DNA of 25,535 bases from Elusimicrobiota bacterium (GTDB lineage Bacteria; Elusimicrobiota; Elusimicrobia; Elusimicrobiales; UBA9959): contig JBAXKK010000032.1 in assembly GCA_037137395.1 (NCBI GenBank), forward strand, positions 1 through 25,535, given 5' to 3'. Each line of letters begins with the position of its first letter. Position 1 is the first letter of the stretch. The position numbers were made by a program, and so were the translations under genes. Shown here piece by piece: positions 24,452 through 25,535 of this stretch. The notes below the pieces were generated by a model, which had not been told where the DNA came from, searched no databases, and saw nothing but the letters and a program-made list of their open reading frames with translations.

Positions 24452-25292
24452 GATCATGACGCAAAGCGTTATGATCTGCTAACATTTTAGCAAAAATTAC
24501 ATTGCTCTTGTGGCCGGTATAAGCCGCCTCAACGCGCACCTTATCCAGCCCGAGGCCGGTGAGCGCCAGGTCCCCTATGAGGTCCAGGAGCTTGTGACGC
24601 GCCAACTCGTTTGGAAAGCGCAAGCCTCCTTCGGCGCTTAAAAAAGCGTCATCGTCTATAATCACGGCGTTCTCAAGCGAGCCGCCCAGCGCAAGTCCGG
24701 CGGCTTTCAGCTGTTCTACCTCGGTTTTAAAACCAAAGGTCCTGGCCGGAGCCACTTCCCGCATATAGTTTTCCGGAGTCATGGCGAATTCAAAAGTTTG
24801 CGTGCCGATAAGCGGGTGGGCGTGGGTGAAAGTTATTCTAAATGAGGGAAAGTCCGAGGGCTCAGCCCTGTAAAAAGTTTTTTCGAAGGCGTATTCCACC
24901 GGCGCGCGAAGGTTCAGGATATGTCTTTCCTGCCCCGGTTTATCCGTCAGCCCCGAAGCTTTAAGGGCTTGGGCAAAAGGCAGGGCGGAGCCGTCAGCCG
25001 CCGGCGGCTCTTCGCCTTCCATGACTATGTCCAGATCGTCTATGCCCAGGCCGGCGCAGGCAGAAAGGATATGCTCTACGGTGTAAATCATCCGGGAGCC
25101 ATCCGAGAGGTTGGTTCCGCGTATAGTGGCAGCTATATTCTGCAGGGATGCCTTTATCGGGCCGGTGAGGTCGGGCTTAAAAAAACGGATACCTGTCGGC
25201 CCGTCGGCCGGCAGAAAATTCACAATGGACGGGCGGCCTTTATGCAGTCCGACGCCCGTCATTACCGCTTTATCAGTCAGTGTTCGCCGCAT
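24438..25292 (-). CDS. lpxC: UDP-3-O-acyl-GlcNAc deacetylase
   Basis: Motifs GVGLHKG, TVEHILSA, EPPAADGSA, APARTFG, GGSLENA, RHKLLDLIGDL and GH. Confidence 0.96.
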   Translation of the reverse strand: MRRTLTDKAVMTGVGLHKGRPSIVNFLPADGPTGIRFFKPDLTGPIKASLQNIAATIRGTNLSDGSRMIYTVEHILSACAGLGIDDLDIVMEGEEPPAADGSALPFAQALKASGLTDKPGQERHILNLRAPVEYAFEKTFYRAEPSDFPSFRITFTHAHPLIGTQTFEFAMTPENYMREVAPARTFGFKTEVEQLKAAGLALGGSLENAVIIDDDAFLSAEGGLRFPNELARHKLLDLIGDLALTGLGLDKVRVEAAYTGHKSNVIFAKMLADHNALRHDRHKL

Positions 25293-25294
25293 TC

Positions 25295-25340
25295 AGGATT
25301 ATAAGATTCAAGATTATAAGATTATCAGATTGTAAGATCT
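25295..25340. repeat. AAGATTAT 7/8-mer tract immediately upstream of lpxC
   Basis: AGGATTAT AAGATTC AAGATTAT AAGATTAT CAGATTGT AAGATCT. Confidence 0.8.
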
Positions 25341-25344
25341 GCGA

Positions 25345-25535
25345 TTTACGATTGCCGATTTACGCTAACAATCGCTATAGGCAGAAAATATGCCATAAGC
25401 TTTAGGCTTTAAGCCATATGCAGAGTAGAAATCGCTTACTATTTACGCTTTCCGCTTCCCGCTTTACGATTGCCGATTTCCGCTAACAATCGCTATAGGC
25501 AGAAAATATGCCATAAGCTTTAGGCTTTAAGCCAT
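25345..25535. repeat. Tandem 118-bp unit of the heptamer/GCAGA element (runs off the window)
   Basis: TTTACGATTGCCGATTT.CGCTAACAATCGCTATAGGCAGAAAATATGCCATAAGC... starts at 25345 and again at 25463. Confidence 0.9.

Overview
A GC-rich bacterial chromosomal window from a diderm. The style of its secreted hypothetical proteins suggests Elusimicrobiota, but that is only an impression. The left part has the 3' end of a YadA-type trimeric autotransporter, an OmpA-family protein, tex, pyk and rlmN. The middle has two tandem secreted alpha/beta-hydrolase paralogs, a YejM/PbgA-like sulfatase-fold membrane protein and two secreted hypotheticals. The right part is a minus-strand run: lpxC-fabZ-lpxA-lpxI-(GnnA-like dehydrogenase)-lpxB-msbA-short Rel-GGQ ribosome-rescue factor. 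The coding content is mostly housekeeping; the striking signal is non-coding. (i) A 146-bp, highly self-complementary element occurs twice at about 96% identity, with a third diverged relative. (ii) Almost every intergenic gap carries a 7- or 8-nt-period tandem tract, often as inverted pairs, with a co-varying hairpin and higher-order 72- and 118-bp duplications, and some tracts overlap the ends of lpxA, fabZ and lpxC. (iii) There are GNRA-capped palindromic dRS3/REP-like units. (iv) There is an unexplained rod-like hairpin of about 97 nt. No transposase, integrase, cas gene, rRNA or tRNA was recognised.
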